A stretch of 64,000 bases of DNA from Patescibacteria group bacterium (GCA_022709735.1 JAKLIG010000002.1:1949-65948), one strand, 5' to 3'. Positions 18,066-29,135 are shown, counted from the stretch's first letter. Notes: a model not told the origin generated them from the sequence alone. Program-made: numbers and translations.

Positions 18066-21000
18066 TTAAACTTGATCAATGTCCTGTTCTTCTTTTTCAT
18101 CTTCATCTTTTTTCGCACCCAAGAGTTCTACATTTAGTCCCAATCCCTTGAGTTCGCTCACAAGCACATGAAAAGATGCCGGAACATTCGGACTTTTTAT
18201 CGGTTCGCCTTTGATAATTGACTCATAGGCTTTGCTTCGGCCCATTACATCATCAGATTTTATCGTAAGCATTTCTTGAAGCGTATAAGCCGCGCCATAT
18301 CCTTCCAACGCCCACACTTCCATTTCTCCAAATCTCTGTCCGCCAAATTGCGCTTTTCCACCAAGAGGCTGTTGAGTAATCAATGAATATGGTCCAATTG
18401 AACGCATGTGAATTTTGTCATCCACCAAGTGGTGAAGCTTCATCACATACATAATCCCAACTGTTGATTTATTATCAAATTTTTCTCCGGTCTTTCCATT
18501 TATCAGCTGAACTTTTCCGTCTTCCGGCAATCCGGCTTTTATGAGTTCTTCCTTGATTTGCTCTTCTGTCACACCTTCTAGCGCTGGAGTCGCTGCCTTA
18601 TATCCTAATTTCAAAGCCGCCCAGCCAAGGTGAGTTTCCAAAATTTGTCCGATGTTCATACGACTAGCCACACCCAATGGATTTATTATCATATCTACCG
18701 GAGTACCATCAGGAAGATGAGGCATATCTTCTACCGGAGCAACTCGGGAGATCACACCTTTGTTTCCGTGTCGGCCGGCTAATTTGTCGCCAACCGAAAT
18801 TTTCTTAAGTTGGGCTACCGATACTTGAATTTGTTGAATCACTCCAGTCGGAAGTTTGTCGCCAAGTTCTCGGGAAAATATTTTTATATCCACTACTTTT
18901 CCATATTCACCGTGAGGCAGATAGAGCGAACTGTCTTTCACATCACGGGATTTTTCTCCAAATATTGCGCGAAGTAATCTTTCTTCACTCGTCAAATCGC
19001 CTTCGCCTTTAGGAGAAATTTTTCCAACCAAAATATCACTGGAAGAAACTTCTGCTCCAATTCTGATTATTCCGGTTTCGTCTAAATTTTTCAGCCGTTC
19101 TTCCCCGATGTTTGGAATATCGCGTGTGATAATTTCCGGCCCAAGTTTTGTATCGCGAACATCAATTGAAAAATCTTCAATGTGAATTGAGCTATAGCGG
19201 TCGTCTTCCACTAATTTTTGTGAAATTATAATCGCGTCTTCATAGTTTGATCCTTCCCAAGGAATAAATGCCACCAAAACATTCTGGCCTAAAGATAATT
19301 CTCCTTGATCAGTTGATGCACCGTCCGCCAAAAGCTGTCCTTTCTTCACCATTTGTCCTTTTTCAACTCTAGGGACTTGGTTCATTGAAGTAAACGCGTT
19401 TGATTTTACAAAAGTTTGCAAACGATATTCTCTTTTTAGATATGGTTTTTTCGCCGCCACCGGAGCTTCTTCTTTCACTACGATATGATCACCGTCAACT
19501 TCAATCACTTCTCCATCTGCTTTGGCAATCACCACTTGACCGCTGTCAGCGGCCGCCTTGTCTTCAATGCCCGTTCCAACTAGCGGAGCTTCCGGCTTCA
19601 CGCAGGAAACCGCCTGGCGTTGCATGTTCGAACCCATAAGAGCTCGGTTGGCATCATCATGTTCCAAAAATGGAATGAGTGCTGTCGCTACAGAAATACA
19701 TTGCTTGGCGCTCACATCAATATAATCTAATTTTTCTGCTTCAATTTCTGTTGCTTGGCCTTTCACTCTCGCACCCACAATTTCATCCAAAATATTTCCT
19801 GATTTTGAAATATTAATTCCGGCATGAGCGATATTTTTCCGATCTTCCTTGGCGGCATTAACATATTCAATTTCTCGACTTATCCAAGGTTTGATTTTTA
19901 TATTTTTCTTTTCTTTAATTTTTTCAATTTTCTTTGCCATTTCTTCAGAAATTTCCATTCCAACTTCGAATTCTCCAATTTTTTCATTGAGTATTTTTCC
20001 AGAAATTTTTTCTTCCTTATTTTCCATCTCATGATAAATTTTGAGATATGGCGTTTCTAAAAATCCAAAAGGATTTATTTTTGTATAAGTCGCCAAATGA
20101 CCAACCAATCCGATGTTTGGACCTTCCGGAGTTTCTACCGGACAAATTCGGCCATAATGGGAAGGATGGACATCTCGTACTTCAAAACCGGCGCGTTCTC
20201 TAGTGAGTCCGCCTGGGCCCATCGCGCTGATTCTTCTCTTGTGTTCCAACTCCGCCAAAGGGTTGACTTGATCCATGAATTGGGAGAGTTGAGAACTAGA
20301 AAAAAATTCTTTGATCGCAGCCGCTACCGGACGGGAATTTACTAATTGCCCCGGAACAACTGTTGCGATATCGCAGGTACTCATTCGGTCTTTGATATTT
20401 CTGGCAGTTCTGGCAAGCCCCACGCGTAATTTATTTTGCACTAACTCTCCGACTGATCGCACTCTTCTGTTTCCAAGATGATCAATATCATCCGCGATAG
20501 CTCTTGGATCATTGTTTAACCTGATAATTTCTTTGATTATTAAATTCAAATCTTCTCGCACTAACACCCGATTTTCTTCATCGTCTGGTCGTTCCACTTC
20601 CAATCTTTGGTTCAAGCGATATCGGCCAACTCCGCCAAAGTCATATTTTTCAAAACTAAAAAACATCGAGTCCACCACTTGCTTGGCGTTCGATTCAGTG
20701 GCCAAATCTCCCGGACGAATTCTTTTATATACGTCCTTATATCCTTCGCCTTGATTTTTAGCGACGTCTTTCTGGATAGTCGCATCAATATATTTTGTTT
20801 CCCCGTTGTCGCTGTCTTTAAAAAGATTTAATAGTTGCTGATCAGAAGAATAACCGAAAGCGCGAAGAAGTGAAGTGATGGCGACCTTTCTTTTGCGGTC
20901 GATTTTCACAAAAATCGCTCCATCAAAATCAGTTTCAAGTTCCAGCCAGGCTCCGCGATTTGGAATAATTTTAGCACCAAAAAGTTTTTTGCCTTTGAAA

Positions 21001-21491
21001 TAATTCATTGTGAAAAACACGCCGGGACTTCGGATTATCTGGCTTACTACGACTCTTTCCACTCCATTTATGATAAAAGTTCCCCGGTCAGTCATCAAAG
21101 GAAAATCTCCCAGATATATCTCCTGTTCTTTGATTTCTCCGGTTTTTTTGATCGTTAGCTGGACTTTGCAGCGAAGTGGCGCTTCATAAGAGATATTTTT
21201 ATTCTTTGCCGTCACTTCATCGTATTTCGGTTCGTCTAAATAATATTCCTTGAAAGAAAGCTCCAAATCTTTTTCCGTAAAATCGCTGATTGGGCTTACT
21301 TCATTTAGAATTTCTCGAAGTCCTTTTTCCAAAAACCAATCATAAGAACTAAGTTGGGATTCAATTAGGTTTGGAAGGCTCACCATGGAAATCTTCCGGA
21401 AAAATTTTCTTTTGGAAAGCGAGGATTCAGAGCTGAAAGATGTTTTAACTTCCAGTTTTTTATCAACTTTAGACATAGAAATAACGCTCAT
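18066..21491 (-). CDS. rpoB: DNA-directed RNA polymerase subunit beta
   Basis: 1141 aa with the conserved beta-subunit blocks (rifampicin cluster region, GDK...HGNKGV, C-terminal clamp). Confidence 0.95.
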   Translation of the reverse strand: MSVISMSKVDKKLEVKTSFSSESSLSKRKFFRKISMVSLPNLIESQLSSYDWFLEKGLREILNEVSPISDFTEKDLELSFKEYYLDEPKYDEVTAKNKNISYEAPLRCKVQLTIKKTGEIKEQEIYLGDFPLMTDRGTFIINGVERVVVSQIIRSPGVFFTMNYFKGKKLFGAKIIPNRGAWLELETDFDGAIFVKIDRKRKVAITSLLRAFGYSSDQQLLNLFKDSDNGETKYIDATIQKDVAKNQGEGYKDVYKRIRPGDLATESNAKQVVDSMFFSFEKYDFGGVGRYRLNQRLEVERPDDEENRVLVREDLNLIIKEIIRLNNDPRAIADDIDHLGNRRVRSVGELVQNKLRVGLARTARNIKDRMSTCDIATVVPGQLVNSRPVAAAIKEFFSSSQLSQFMDQVNPLAELEHKRRISAMGPGGLTRERAGFEVRDVHPSHYGRICPVETPEGPNIGLVGHLATYTKINPFGFLETPYLKIYHEMENKEEKISGKILNEKIGEFEVGMEISEEMAKKIEKIKEKKNIKIKPWISREIEYVNAAKEDRKNIAHAGINISKSGNILDEIVGARVKGQATEIEAEKLDYIDVSAKQCISVATALIPFLEHDDANRALMGSNMQRQAVSCVKPEAPLVGTGIEDKAAADSGQVVIAKADGEVIEVDGDHIVVKEEAPVAAKKPYLKREYRLQTFVKSNAFTSMNQVPRVEKGQMVKKGQLLADGASTDQGELSLGQNVLVAFIPWEGSNYEDAIIISQKLVEDDRYSSIHIEDFSIDVRDTKLGPEIITRDIPNIGEERLKNLDETGIIRIGAEVSSSDILVGKISPKGEGDLTSEERLLRAIFGEKSRDVKDSSLYLPHGEYGKVVDIKIFSRELGDKLPTGVIQQIQVSVAQLKKISVGDKLAGRHGNKGVISRVAPVEDMPHLPDGTPVDMIINPLGVASRMNIGQILETHLGWAALKLGYKAATPALEGVTEEQIKEELIKAGLPEDGKVQLINGKTGEKFDNKSTVGIMYVMKLHHLVDDKIHMRSIGPYSLITQQPLGGKAQFGGQRFGEMEVWALEGYGAAYTLQEMLTIKSDDVMGRSKAYESIIKGEPIKSPNVPASFHVLVSELKGLGLNVELLGAKKDEDEKEEQDIDQV

Positions 21492-21740
21492 TTCCGGCTT
21501 GTTTCGTAAAATTTCTGGGAAACAAAGCCTTTAAATGAGTTATGTTAAAAGTATTAAATTATTTAATTTTTTATCACCCTAAGTATAAATAAAAATGAAT
21601 TGCTTCTAAAAAAATACTGATGAGAATATTATACATGAAACAAAAACAATTGCAAGCTCTTTGCATTCCAGTTTCACCCTTTTCTAAATTTTTGTCTTAT
21701 TTTCTCCTATGTTCTTAATATACCAGAAGGAAAAATGTTG

Positions 21741-22007
21741 TCAAGCGCTCTTCCCCCAGTTCCAAGCGTTGGCCACTGCGGCCGCAATTCTGGTCGTGGT
21801 AAAATTGTCATTTTGGTCGCTTTCCACCTTGATTTCCTTGATTTCTTCGCTTTTTAGGCCATTTCTTTGAATAAGCCTGTCAATTTCCGGGAGTAGCTTC
21901 TCCGACAGACTATATTCTTCCACAATATCCAAAAAATCAAGCTTTTTGCCATTTTTTATAAGTTCTAATTTAATTTTCCGCTCTTTAATTCCAATTAAAA
22001 TATTCAT
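21741..22007 (-). CDS. TsaB/YeaZ-like protein, short N-terminal-domain-only form (possible fragment)
   Basis: SLSEKLLPEIDRLIQRNGL...NFTTTRIAAAVANAW resembles the TsaB LLP.ID..L/GPGSFTGLRIG region, but only 88 aa. Confidence 0.3.
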   Translation of the reverse strand: MNILIGIKERKIKLELIKNGKKLDFLDIVEEYSLSEKLLPEIDRLIQRNGLKSEEIKEIKVESDQNDNFTTTRIAAAVANAWNWGKSA

Positions 22008-22714
22008 TTAATTTTATCCCAGTCAAAACCCCAAGGATCATCCTTTCTCCCCGGCGCAATATCAGAATGCCCAAGCGTATATTTTATTTTATATTTGCTT
22101 TTCAGATAAGTCAAAAGATCATTAAGCGCGCCATATTGCGAATCATTTGGCTTTTCTGATTTAGTATTCACAATTTCAATCCCAAGAGAAAAATTATTCA
22201 CACTCGTGCGTCCATCCGGAACTTTGGATTCGCCTGCATGATAGGCAATGTTTTTATCTTCAACAAGACGATAAATCAGGCCGTCTCTGGAAATTATATA
22301 ATGTGGAGAAACGCCATAAGGCTTATATTCTTTGTAAATTATGTCGTCTAAATTATGCGGGTCGGCTCCGACGGCGTTATAGGAAGAATGAATAATGATT
22401 GTATCAATTTTTCGATTTTCTGCTTTTTCAAACCCCCAACTTACTAATTTATTATTTATTTTAGGAACCTTGACTGAAGTTTCCGCTGAATTATTCTTAT
22501 TTGTGTTTTTTGCGTCATCTTGTTTTTCTGCTGTATTCTTTTGCGCTTCAACTTCTTCTGCATTATTTTGTATTTTTTCTGTATTATCCTGTGTTTCGGT
22601 TTCTGTGTTGTTTTGTATTATTTCCGTGTTATTCTTTGAAGATATAAAACTGCATCCGCCCAAAAATATTATGGCAGAAAAAAATATAATTGCTTTCCCA
22701 AAATTATTTTTCAT
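22004..22714 (-). CDS. N-acetylmuramoyl-L-alanine amidase (amidase_2/PGRP, AmpD-like) lipoprotein
   Basis: lipobox LGGC; HYIISRDG..AYHAG...GIEIVN...GHSDIAPGRKDDPWGFDW. Confidence 0.75.
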   Translation of the reverse strand: MKNNFGKAIIFFSAIIFLGGCSFISSKNNTEIIQNNTETETQDNTEKIQNNAEEVEAQKNTAEKQDDAKNTNKNNSAETSVKVPKINNKLVSWGFEKAENRKIDTIIIHSSYNAVGADPHNLDDIIYKEYKPYGVSPHYIISRDGLIYRLVEDKNIAYHAGESKVPDGRTSVNNFSLGIEIVNTKSEKPNDSQYGALNDLLTYLKSKYKIKYTLGHSDIAPGRKDDPWGFDWDKIK

Positions 22715-23061
22715 ATTGTGATTGTATCATATAAAAACAAAAGTCGTAATTTTTATTTTTAATCTGCCGAGCAAGTTATTTCCTTTTCTAATTTTTTTAT
22801 CTCAACCTCTACTTTGTCATAACATTCCCAATTGCCCTCATCCAGACAGTTTTCTTGAAGAACTACCAAGGTTTCGAGTTTCTTAAGAAGCTGCATTTTT
22901 TGGGAAAGTGTCATATTTTTTATGTTTTTTTAAAAAATTAAAAATAAAAAAATACCTTATTACTAAAGATAATAAAATATTCTGATTTCCTCCTTAAAAA
23001 ATTAATCCAACTAAATTATTATACTCCAAAAAAACCGTTCTGTCAATGCATAAAAATTACA

Positions 23062-23070
23062 TGCTATAAT
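23062..23070 (+). promoter_or_regulatory. extended -10 promoter element (TGCTATAAT) for the 23077 gene
   Basis: TGnTATAAT 7 bp upstream of the start codon; no clear -35. Confidence 0.35.
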
Positions 23071-23076
23071 AGACTC

Positions 23077-24243
23077 ATGGACATCTTAAGAAAAATTTTG
23101 CGCTGGATTTTCCGTTTTGTTTTTTTCATCGCTATTCTAATCGCGGTTCTTTGGGCAAGCGTCAAATATGTCACAGACCACAATCAAAATCTGGTTGAAA
23201 CACAAAAAGAGATAGCGATTACTTTAGAAAATCCAAAGAAAATTAAATTTGAGTGGCAATACAATGGCAAAACTTATTCAATCGAAGAAACTTTTTATGG
23301 TTCGCTTTTTAATTTTTATTCCACTAGCCCGAAAGCATACACCTACCAAGGAGAGCAACCGGCCAATTGGGAAAAAGATTATTATGCCATGTTTTTAAAG
23401 CGAACAAAAAGTGATGACTCAATTTCAAAAATCGCCGTTGATATTCAAAATTTAGGCACGCAAAAAAAATTGAGCTCCGACCAAATTGTAGAACTCGCAC
23501 TGGCTTTCGTCCAATCCATTCCCTATGACAATGCGCGCGCAGAAAAAATATTATCCGGCATGGGTGAAACAAATTATCCTTACGAAACCTTATACGAAGG
23601 CAAGGGCGTTTGTTCCGACAAAAGTTTTCTTTTCGCCAATCTTCTTTCCGAAATGGGTTATGGCGCGTCGCTTTTAGCCTACGATTCAGAGCGCCATATG
23701 GCAGTTGGGATTCAATGTCCAAAGGAATATTCCAGTTATGACAGTGGGTATTGCTACGCCGAAACTACATCTTCCGGTTTTCGAATCGGCATGATTCCCG
23801 ATATTGATCCGAAAGAAGGCTCGGCCGTGCCGATGGAAAAGAAAAATTATTCAGTAGAGAGCGAAGTAAGCCAATTTGACGCCACAAAATTAGGTGAACC
23901 AAAAGTTTTTTCCGTTTCCAGTGGAAAAACTTATGAAGGCATTGCCACATCTCTCTCGCTTGCCAAAAAAATAGACACACTCAATCAAGAAATAAACACG
24001 CTTGGAAAAAATTTGAACGCGCAAAAAAACGATATAGCTTCGGATGAAAATAAGCTCCTAGAGCTTGAGAAAAAACTTAAAAAATTAGAAAAAAAAGGAG
24101 ACTACGAAGAATATAATGATATAGTTGATGATTATAATGATCTTCTCAAAAAATATAAAAAGAAAATAAAAACTTACAACGAGCAAGTTGATTCATATAA
24201 TCAAAAAGTAAATTATTACAATTCATTGGTGAAGAGTTTTTAA
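23077..24243 (+). CDS. transglutaminase-like superfamily protein with N-terminal TM anchor and C-terminal coiled coil
   Basis: YEGKGVCSDKSFLFANLL...ERHMAVGI...D resembles the Cys-His-Asp transglutaminase-like core; Lys/Glu-rich coiled-coil tail. Confidence 0.45.
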   Translation: MDILRKILRWIFRFVFFIAILIAVLWASVKYVTDHNQNLVETQKEIAITLENPKKIKFEWQYNGKTYSIEETFYGSLFNFYSTSPKAYTYQGEQPANWEKDYYAMFLKRTKSDDSISKIAVDIQNLGTQKKLSSDQIVELALAFVQSIPYDNARAEKILSGMGETNYPYETLYEGKGVCSDKSFLFANLLSEMGYGASLLAYDSERHMAVGIQCPKEYSSYDSGYCYAETTSSGFRIGMIPDIDPKEGSAVPMEKKNYSVESEVSQFDATKLGEPKVFSVSSGKTYEGIATSLSLAKKIDTLNQEINTLGKNLNAQKNDIASDENKLLELEKKLKKLEKKGDYEEYNDIVDDYNDLLKKYKKKIKTYNEQVDSYNQKVNYYNSLVKSF

Positions 24244-24248
24244 GTTTG

Positions 24249-24320
24249 AGCGGGTAGGGGGAATCGGACCCCCCTCCACAGGTTGGAAACCTGTTATAAT
24301 AGCCACTATACGATACCCGC
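24249..24320 (-). tRNA. tRNA-Gly(TCC)
   Basis: cloverleaf GCGGGTA...anticodon loop TTTCCAA...GGGGGTCCGATTCCCCC...TACCCGC. Confidence 0.85.
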
Positions 24321-24340
24321 TTTTTATAGTTTATTTTTTG

Positions 24341-24411
24341 TCGGGATACTCAGATTCGAACTGAGATTAAATGGTCCCAAACCACTCGTGCTACCATTGC
24401 ACTATATCCCG
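24341..24411 (-). tRNA. tRNA-Pro(TGG)
   Basis: cloverleaf CGGGATA...anticodon loop TTTGGGA...CTCAGTTCGAATCTGAG...TATCCCG. Confidence 0.8.
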
Positions 24412-24477
24412 ATTGCCAATGCTCTTATCTTATATTTAAATATTTTACTCGTCAACTAATTAGCTAAACTTCATAGT

Positions 24478-24611
24478 AAAATCCCGTCCACCTGCCTGAT
24501 TTTCCTATCTAATTATAATTCCTCAATTATTTCAGTTAGATAATCTTTATTCTTAGTTGAGGAAGAATATAGCAAAATAAGAAAATCTGGCAGGCAAGTA
24601 CGGGATTTCAC
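24478..24611. repeat. tRNA-proximal palindromic TIR element, copy 1
   Basis: outer IR AAAATCCCGT.../...ACGGGATTT; inner TIR CCTGCCTGATTTTCC...GAAAATCTGGCAGG; central palindrome CCTCAAT...AGTTGAGG; related to copies at 55752, 56000 and 56405. Confidence 0.75.
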
Positions 24612-24629
24612 CACTGTCTTTTAATAAAA

Positions 24630-24914
24630 TTATTTTATCGCTTCTTTCAAAGCCTTGCCTGCGGTAAATTTTGGAATGTTCATTGCTGGAATTTGAATTT
24701 TAGCTTTTGTTTGAGGATTGATGCCGGTTCTTTCTTTTCTTTTGGAAACTCGAAAAGTTCCAAAGCCGGTAAGTGTAACTTTTTCATCATTTCGAAGAGC
24801 TTTTGTGACAACTTCTTCAAAAGTTGTAAGCACTGTTTCTATGTCTTTTTTTGATAGTTCTGTTTTTTCTGAAATAGCGGATACTAAACCATCTTTGTTC
24901 ATATGATTAGCCAT
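24630..24914 (-). CDS. hup: DNA-binding protein HU
   Basis: 94 aa; MNKDGLVSAI...GFGTF...R.GINP.T; GGAGGTG Shine-Dalgarno upstream. Confidence 0.9.
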   Translation of the reverse strand: MANHMNKDGLVSAISEKTELSKKDIETVLTTFEEVVTKALRNDEKVTLTGFGTFRVSKRKERTGINPQTKAKIQIPAMNIPKFTAGKALKEAIK

Positions 24915-24997
24915 AATCGCACCTCCATTTCTAGTTTTAAGTTAAGTTAATTTTCTAATTATATTCTACTATTTTGCCTCAAATAAAGCAAACTATT

Positions 24998-26530
24998 TTA
25001 TCTCGCAAATTCCGTCACGCGCAGTTCTCGAATTACATTTACTTTTATCTCCCCAGGATATTTTAGTTCTTTTTCAATTTTATCCGCAATTGCTCGAGAT
25101 AATTTAATCGCGCCAAGATCATCAATTTTATCCGGCTTTACAAAAACTCGAATTTCTCGGCCGGCTTGAATAGCATAAGTTTTTTCCACTTCCGGAAATG
25201 AATTTGCGACCGCTTCCAATTCTTCCAAACGCTTCAAATAATTTTCCAAAGAATCTTTTCTTGCTCCGGGACGGCTCGCGCTAATTGCATCGGCGGCCGC
25301 GATAATCATCGACTCCGGAGTTTCGAAAGGATAATCTTCATGATGAGATTTCATTGCATCAATCACATCTTTTCCGATGTGAAATTTCTCCAAAATTTTT
25401 ATCCCAATTTCAACATGAGTTCCCTGAACTTCATGGTCAACTGCTTTTCCAATATCATGAAGAAGTCCCGCTTTTTTCGCCAATGCCGCATCGGCTCCCA
25501 ATTCCGCTGCTAACGCGCCCGAAAGATGCGCCACTTCAATAGAATGAAGCATTGCATTTTGCCCGAAGCTTGTCCTGTAACGAAGTCGTCCGATTATATG
25601 AATAAGTTTTGGATCAAGCCCGACTATTCCTACATCATAAACCGCTGCTTCACCAGCTTCTTTGATTTTTTTATTCACTTCGTTTTTTGCAAACTCCACC
25701 GCCTCTTCAATTTTTGTCGGATGAATTCGGCCGTCGCCGATTAATTTATCCAAAGCAATTTTGGCAATTTCTCTTCGAATCGGATCAAACCCGGAAATAA
25801 CAATTGCTTCCGGCGTATCATCAACAATAATTTCAATTCCCGTGAGCCTCTCCAAGGCCTTGATATTTCTTCCTTCTCTTCCGATAATTCTCCCTTTGAC
25901 TTCATCCGATGGAATGCTCACAGTGGAAGTTGTTGCGTCCGCTGCATGCGAGCCGGCATATTTTTGAATAGCCTGCGTCATAATATCTTTAGCTTTTTTG
26001 TCCAATTCTTCTCGACCTAAAGTTTCCATCTCTTTCAATTTTTTTCCAAAATATTCGCGGTTTTCTTCTTCGGTAAGTTGAAGTAGAATTTTTTTGGCCT
26101 GATCTTTTGGAAGTCCGGCTATTTTTTCCAATCTTTTTAATTCTTGTTTTTTCACTTCATCCACTTCTTTTCTGATTTGCCTGATTTCTTCAGCCTTTTT
26201 TTCCAACATTACTCTCCCGCGTTCAATTTCTTCCATTTTATTGTCCAAAATTCCTTCTCTTTTTTCCAGCCTTTCTTCCAGGCGCATTATCTGATTTTCT
26301 CTGTCCTGCTCTTTTCTTTTCGCTTCTTCCAAAATATTAACAGCCTTATTTTTTGATTCAATAAGGATTTCTTGGGACTTTTTGTCCGCTTCTTCTAAGA
26401 TATTATTTGCCTTTCCTTCGGCTGTGTGTAACTGCTTTTTAGCAATAGTTTGCCTGGCATAATATCCGGCAATTGAACCGGCTGCCAAGGCTAAAAGACC
26501 AATGATAAGAATGGTTAAACTTGATTCCAT
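24998..26530 (-). CDS. rny: ribonuclease Y
   Basis: N-terminal TM helix, coiled coil, KH domain GRIIGREGRNIKALE, HD domain. Confidence 0.9.
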   Translation of the reverse strand: MESSLTILIIGLLALAAGSIAGYYARQTIAKKQLHTAEGKANNILEEADKKSQEILIESKNKAVNILEEAKRKEQDRENQIMRLEERLEKREGILDNKMEEIERGRVMLEKKAEEIRQIRKEVDEVKKQELKRLEKIAGLPKDQAKKILLQLTEEENREYFGKKLKEMETLGREELDKKAKDIMTQAIQKYAGSHAADATTSTVSIPSDEVKGRIIGREGRNIKALERLTGIEIIVDDTPEAIVISGFDPIRREIAKIALDKLIGDGRIHPTKIEEAVEFAKNEVNKKIKEAGEAAVYDVGIVGLDPKLIHIIGRLRYRTSFGQNAMLHSIEVAHLSGALAAELGADAALAKKAGLLHDIGKAVDHEVQGTHVEIGIKILEKFHIGKDVIDAMKSHHEDYPFETPESMIIAAADAISASRPGARKDSLENYLKRLEELEAVANSFPEVEKTYAIQAGREIRVFVKPDKIDDLGAIKLSRAIADKIEKELKYPGEIKVNVIRELRVTEFAR

Positions 26531-26747
26531 ATTTTTTTTCTCTATTCAATTGATAAATCATAAGGTTTTTTCAAAATATTTCCAAAAAATACCATAATTC
26601 CTGCTATTATCAATAGAAACTAGATAATTTAAACAAATTAATTAAATCTTTCTCCTTAATAAATACTACTCGAGAGAACCTTTTTTGTCAAAGAGTCTGG
26701 CAAATGCTATTATTAGTAAGTAAAAAAATTTTGAAATTAATATTTTT

Positions 26748-28343
26748 ATGGCAGAAAAAAAAATAAACAAAAAAACTTCCAAACCTATAATGCTCATCGT
26801 TCTTGATGGCTGGGGAATCGGTGAAGGCAATCGAGGCAATGCAATCACTAATACTGATCTGCCGACTTTCAAAAAACTAGATGAATATTATCCGGAAATT
26901 TCTTTGCAAGCTTCCGGGATTTCAGTCGGCCTTCCTTGGGGCGAGCCGGGAAATTCAGAAGTCGGTCATATGACGCTTGGCGCTGGAAAAGTAATCTATC
27001 AAAATATGCCTCGCATCACCATGTCTATTCAAGACGGAGAATTTTTCAAAAATAAAGTGCTTTTGTCAGCTATTGAAAAAGCCAAAAAAAATAAATCTTC
27101 CCTCCATCTCATGGGGCTTGTCGGACACGGCTCCGTCCATTCCAGTTTGGATCATGTTTACGCGCTTCTTGAAATGCTTCGCGATCAAAAAGCGGAAAAA
27201 GTTTTTCTCCATATCTTCACAGACGGCCGGGACAGCGCGCCTAATTCCGGAATTCAGACAATCAAAGAATTGCGACTCCGCCTTGAAAAATACGGCATTG
27301 GAAAAATTGCCACTGTCTCCGGACGATATTTTGCGATGGACCGAAATAACAACTGGGATCGAGTTGAGAAAGCATACAATGCCCTTGTTAAAAGCGAAGG
27401 AAATAAAATCGAAGGCGCAGAAAATATAGAAAAATACTTAATGGATTCATATAAAAAAGAAATTTATGACGAATATATAGAGCCGGCGGTTATTTTTGAA
27501 AATGGAACTCCGGTTGGAGAAATAGCAGACAACGACTCGATAATTTTTTTCAATTATCGCGAAGATCGGGCGCGCCAAATCACGAAAGCCTTTACTGTCC
27601 CGGGTTTTTCAAAATTTAGCGCAAAAAAATTCAAAAAATTATTTTTTGCCACCATGACGCAGTATGAAGAAAGCCTTCCGGTTGAAGTTGCTTTTCCTCC
27701 AATCAAAATTGATGTGTGCATCGGAAAAGTTCTTAGTGAAAATAAATTAAATCAGCTTCGAATTGCCGAAACAGAAAAATTCGCTCATGTTTCTTATTTT
27801 TTCAACGGCGGTAATGAAGATCCATTTGCCGGCGAAGACCGCATAATTGTTCCGTCCAAGGATGTTTCAAGTTTCGACAAAGCGCCTCAAATGAGCGCGC
27901 TAGAAATTACCGAGAAAGTTTTGGAAAATGTTGAACGAGATAAATATGATTTTATCCTTATAAATTTTGCTAACGCCGACATTGTGGGGCATACCGGAAA
28001 TGAAAAGGCCGCCGAAAAAGCCGTGGCGACGATAGACAAATGCTTGGAAAAAATTATTCAAGCCGTACTTTCCAAGGGTGGCCAGCTCCTCATCACCGCT
28101 GATCACGGCAATGTAGAAGAAATGTTTGATATTCATACCGGCGAAAAAGATACCGAGCATAGCGCCAATCCGGTTCCGCTTTGGTATATTACGCCGGAAA
28201 ATTTTTCCAAAACTCCCAAGAAAGCAAGAAAAGTAGAAATATCCGGACTGCTTAGTGATGTTGCTCCGACAATTCTAGATATTATGGACATCAAAAAACC
28301 GGCCGAGATGACCGGTGAAAGTCTGCTTTCGCTTTTAAAATAA
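26748..28343 (+). CDS. gpmI: 2,3-bisphosphoglycerate-independent phosphoglycerate mutase
   Basis: MLIVLDGWGIGE... alkaline-phosphatase-like iPGM; 531 aa. Confidence 0.9.
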   Translation: MAEKKINKKTSKPIMLIVLDGWGIGEGNRGNAITNTDLPTFKKLDEYYPEISLQASGISVGLPWGEPGNSEVGHMTLGAGKVIYQNMPRITMSIQDGEFFKNKVLLSAIEKAKKNKSSLHLMGLVGHGSVHSSLDHVYALLEMLRDQKAEKVFLHIFTDGRDSAPNSGIQTIKELRLRLEKYGIGKIATVSGRYFAMDRNNNWDRVEKAYNALVKSEGNKIEGAENIEKYLMDSYKKEIYDEYIEPAVIFENGTPVGEIADNDSIIFFNYREDRARQITKAFTVPGFSKFSAKKFKKLFFATMTQYEESLPVEVAFPPIKIDVCIGKVLSENKLNQLRIAETEKFAHVSYFFNGGNEDPFAGEDRIIVPSKDVSSFDKAPQMSALEITEKVLENVERDKYDFILINFANADIVGHTGNEKAAEKAVATIDKCLEKIIQAVLSKGGQLLITADHGNVEEMFDIHTGEKDTEHSANPVPLWYITPENFSKTPKKARKVEISGLLSDVAPTILDIMDIKKPAEMTGESLLSLLK

Positions 28344-28363
28344 AAAGTATATTTTTTAGTTTT

Positions 28364-28393
28364 AAAAAACTCGGGATTAATCCCGAGTTTTTA
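28364..28393. terminator. bidirectional intrinsic terminator downstream of gpmI
   Basis: A-run, CTCGGGA-TTAA-TCCCGAG, then T-run. Confidence 0.75.
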
Positions 28394-28407
28394 TTTCATC
28401 AACATAA

Positions 28408-28540
28408 GGGCTTATGCGCTTGACGAAAAATTACTCACAACCGGTAATATTTGCAATTATTAACTTTAAGTAAACTAGAAAAATATCAAATTATATGTAG
28501 AAATTACGCTTTAGTAATTTTGAAACAAGCGCGTAAGCCC
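28408..28540. repeat. 133-bp cassette flanked by 15-bp inverted repeats (GGGCTTATGCGCTTG / CAAGCGCGTAAGCCC)
   Basis: imperfect TIRs (1 mismatch) around an AT-rich core with small internal palindromes; gpmI-clpP spacer. Confidence 0.6.
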
Positions 28541-28550
28541 TAAAATAAAG

Positions 28551-29135
28551 CTACTTTATAATCTTATCCACTATCCCATATTTTTTCGCTTCGTCGGCGC
28601 TCATGAAATAATCACGCTCGGCGTCCCGTTCTACTTTTTCCAATTTCTGTCCGCAATGCTTCGCCATTATTTCATTTAATCTTTTTTTGATATTCAAAAT
28701 ATGCTTGGCATGAATGTCAATGTCAGTCGCTTGTCCTTGCGCTCCGCCCATCACTTGATGAATCATCACTTCGCCATTTGGAAGAATCATTCTCTTGCCT
28801 TTTGCTCCGGCCGAGAGTAAAAGCGCGGCGGCGGAAGCGGCTGTGCCAACGCAAATCGTGGAAACATCCGGCGCAACATACTGCATGGTGTCATAAATTG
28901 CGAGAGCCGAAGTCACTTGCCCGCCGGGAGAATTGATGTAGAGCTTGATATCTTCTTTGGAATTTTGCTGTGTCAAAAACAAAAACTGGGCGATTATCGC
29001 ATTAGCAACCATATCATCAATTGGTCCGCCTAAAAAAATAATGCGATCGCGAAGAAGCCTCGAATAAATATCATAAGCCCTCTCGCCATAGCTGGTTTTT
29101 TCGATAACAGTTGGGATAAGGTATTGGTTGTTCAT
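28551..29135 (-). CDS. clpP: ATP-dependent Clp protease proteolytic subunit
   Basis: catalytic triad context [14 protein letters not shown]...; 194 aa; downstream of tig. Confidence 0.95.
   Translation of the reverse strand: MNNQYLIPTVIEKTSYGERAYDIYSRLLRDRIIFLGGPIDDMVANAIIAQFLFLTQQNSKEDIKLYINSPGGQVTSALAIYDTMQYVAPDVSTICVGTAASAAALLLSAGAKGKRMILPNGEVMIHQVMGGAQGQATDIDIHAKHILNIKKRLNEIMAKHCGQKLEKVERDAERDYFMSADEAKKYGIVDKIIK

Noticed and set aside
19400-20831. Antisense and overlapping small ORFs inside rpoB, rpoC, ftsK, tig, nusA, rny and similar genes in the six-frame track
   Set aside because: They are embedded in strongly conserved long genes on the opposite strand or frame. They are low-complexity and lack motifs, so they are typical spurious ORFs in AT-rich DNA.
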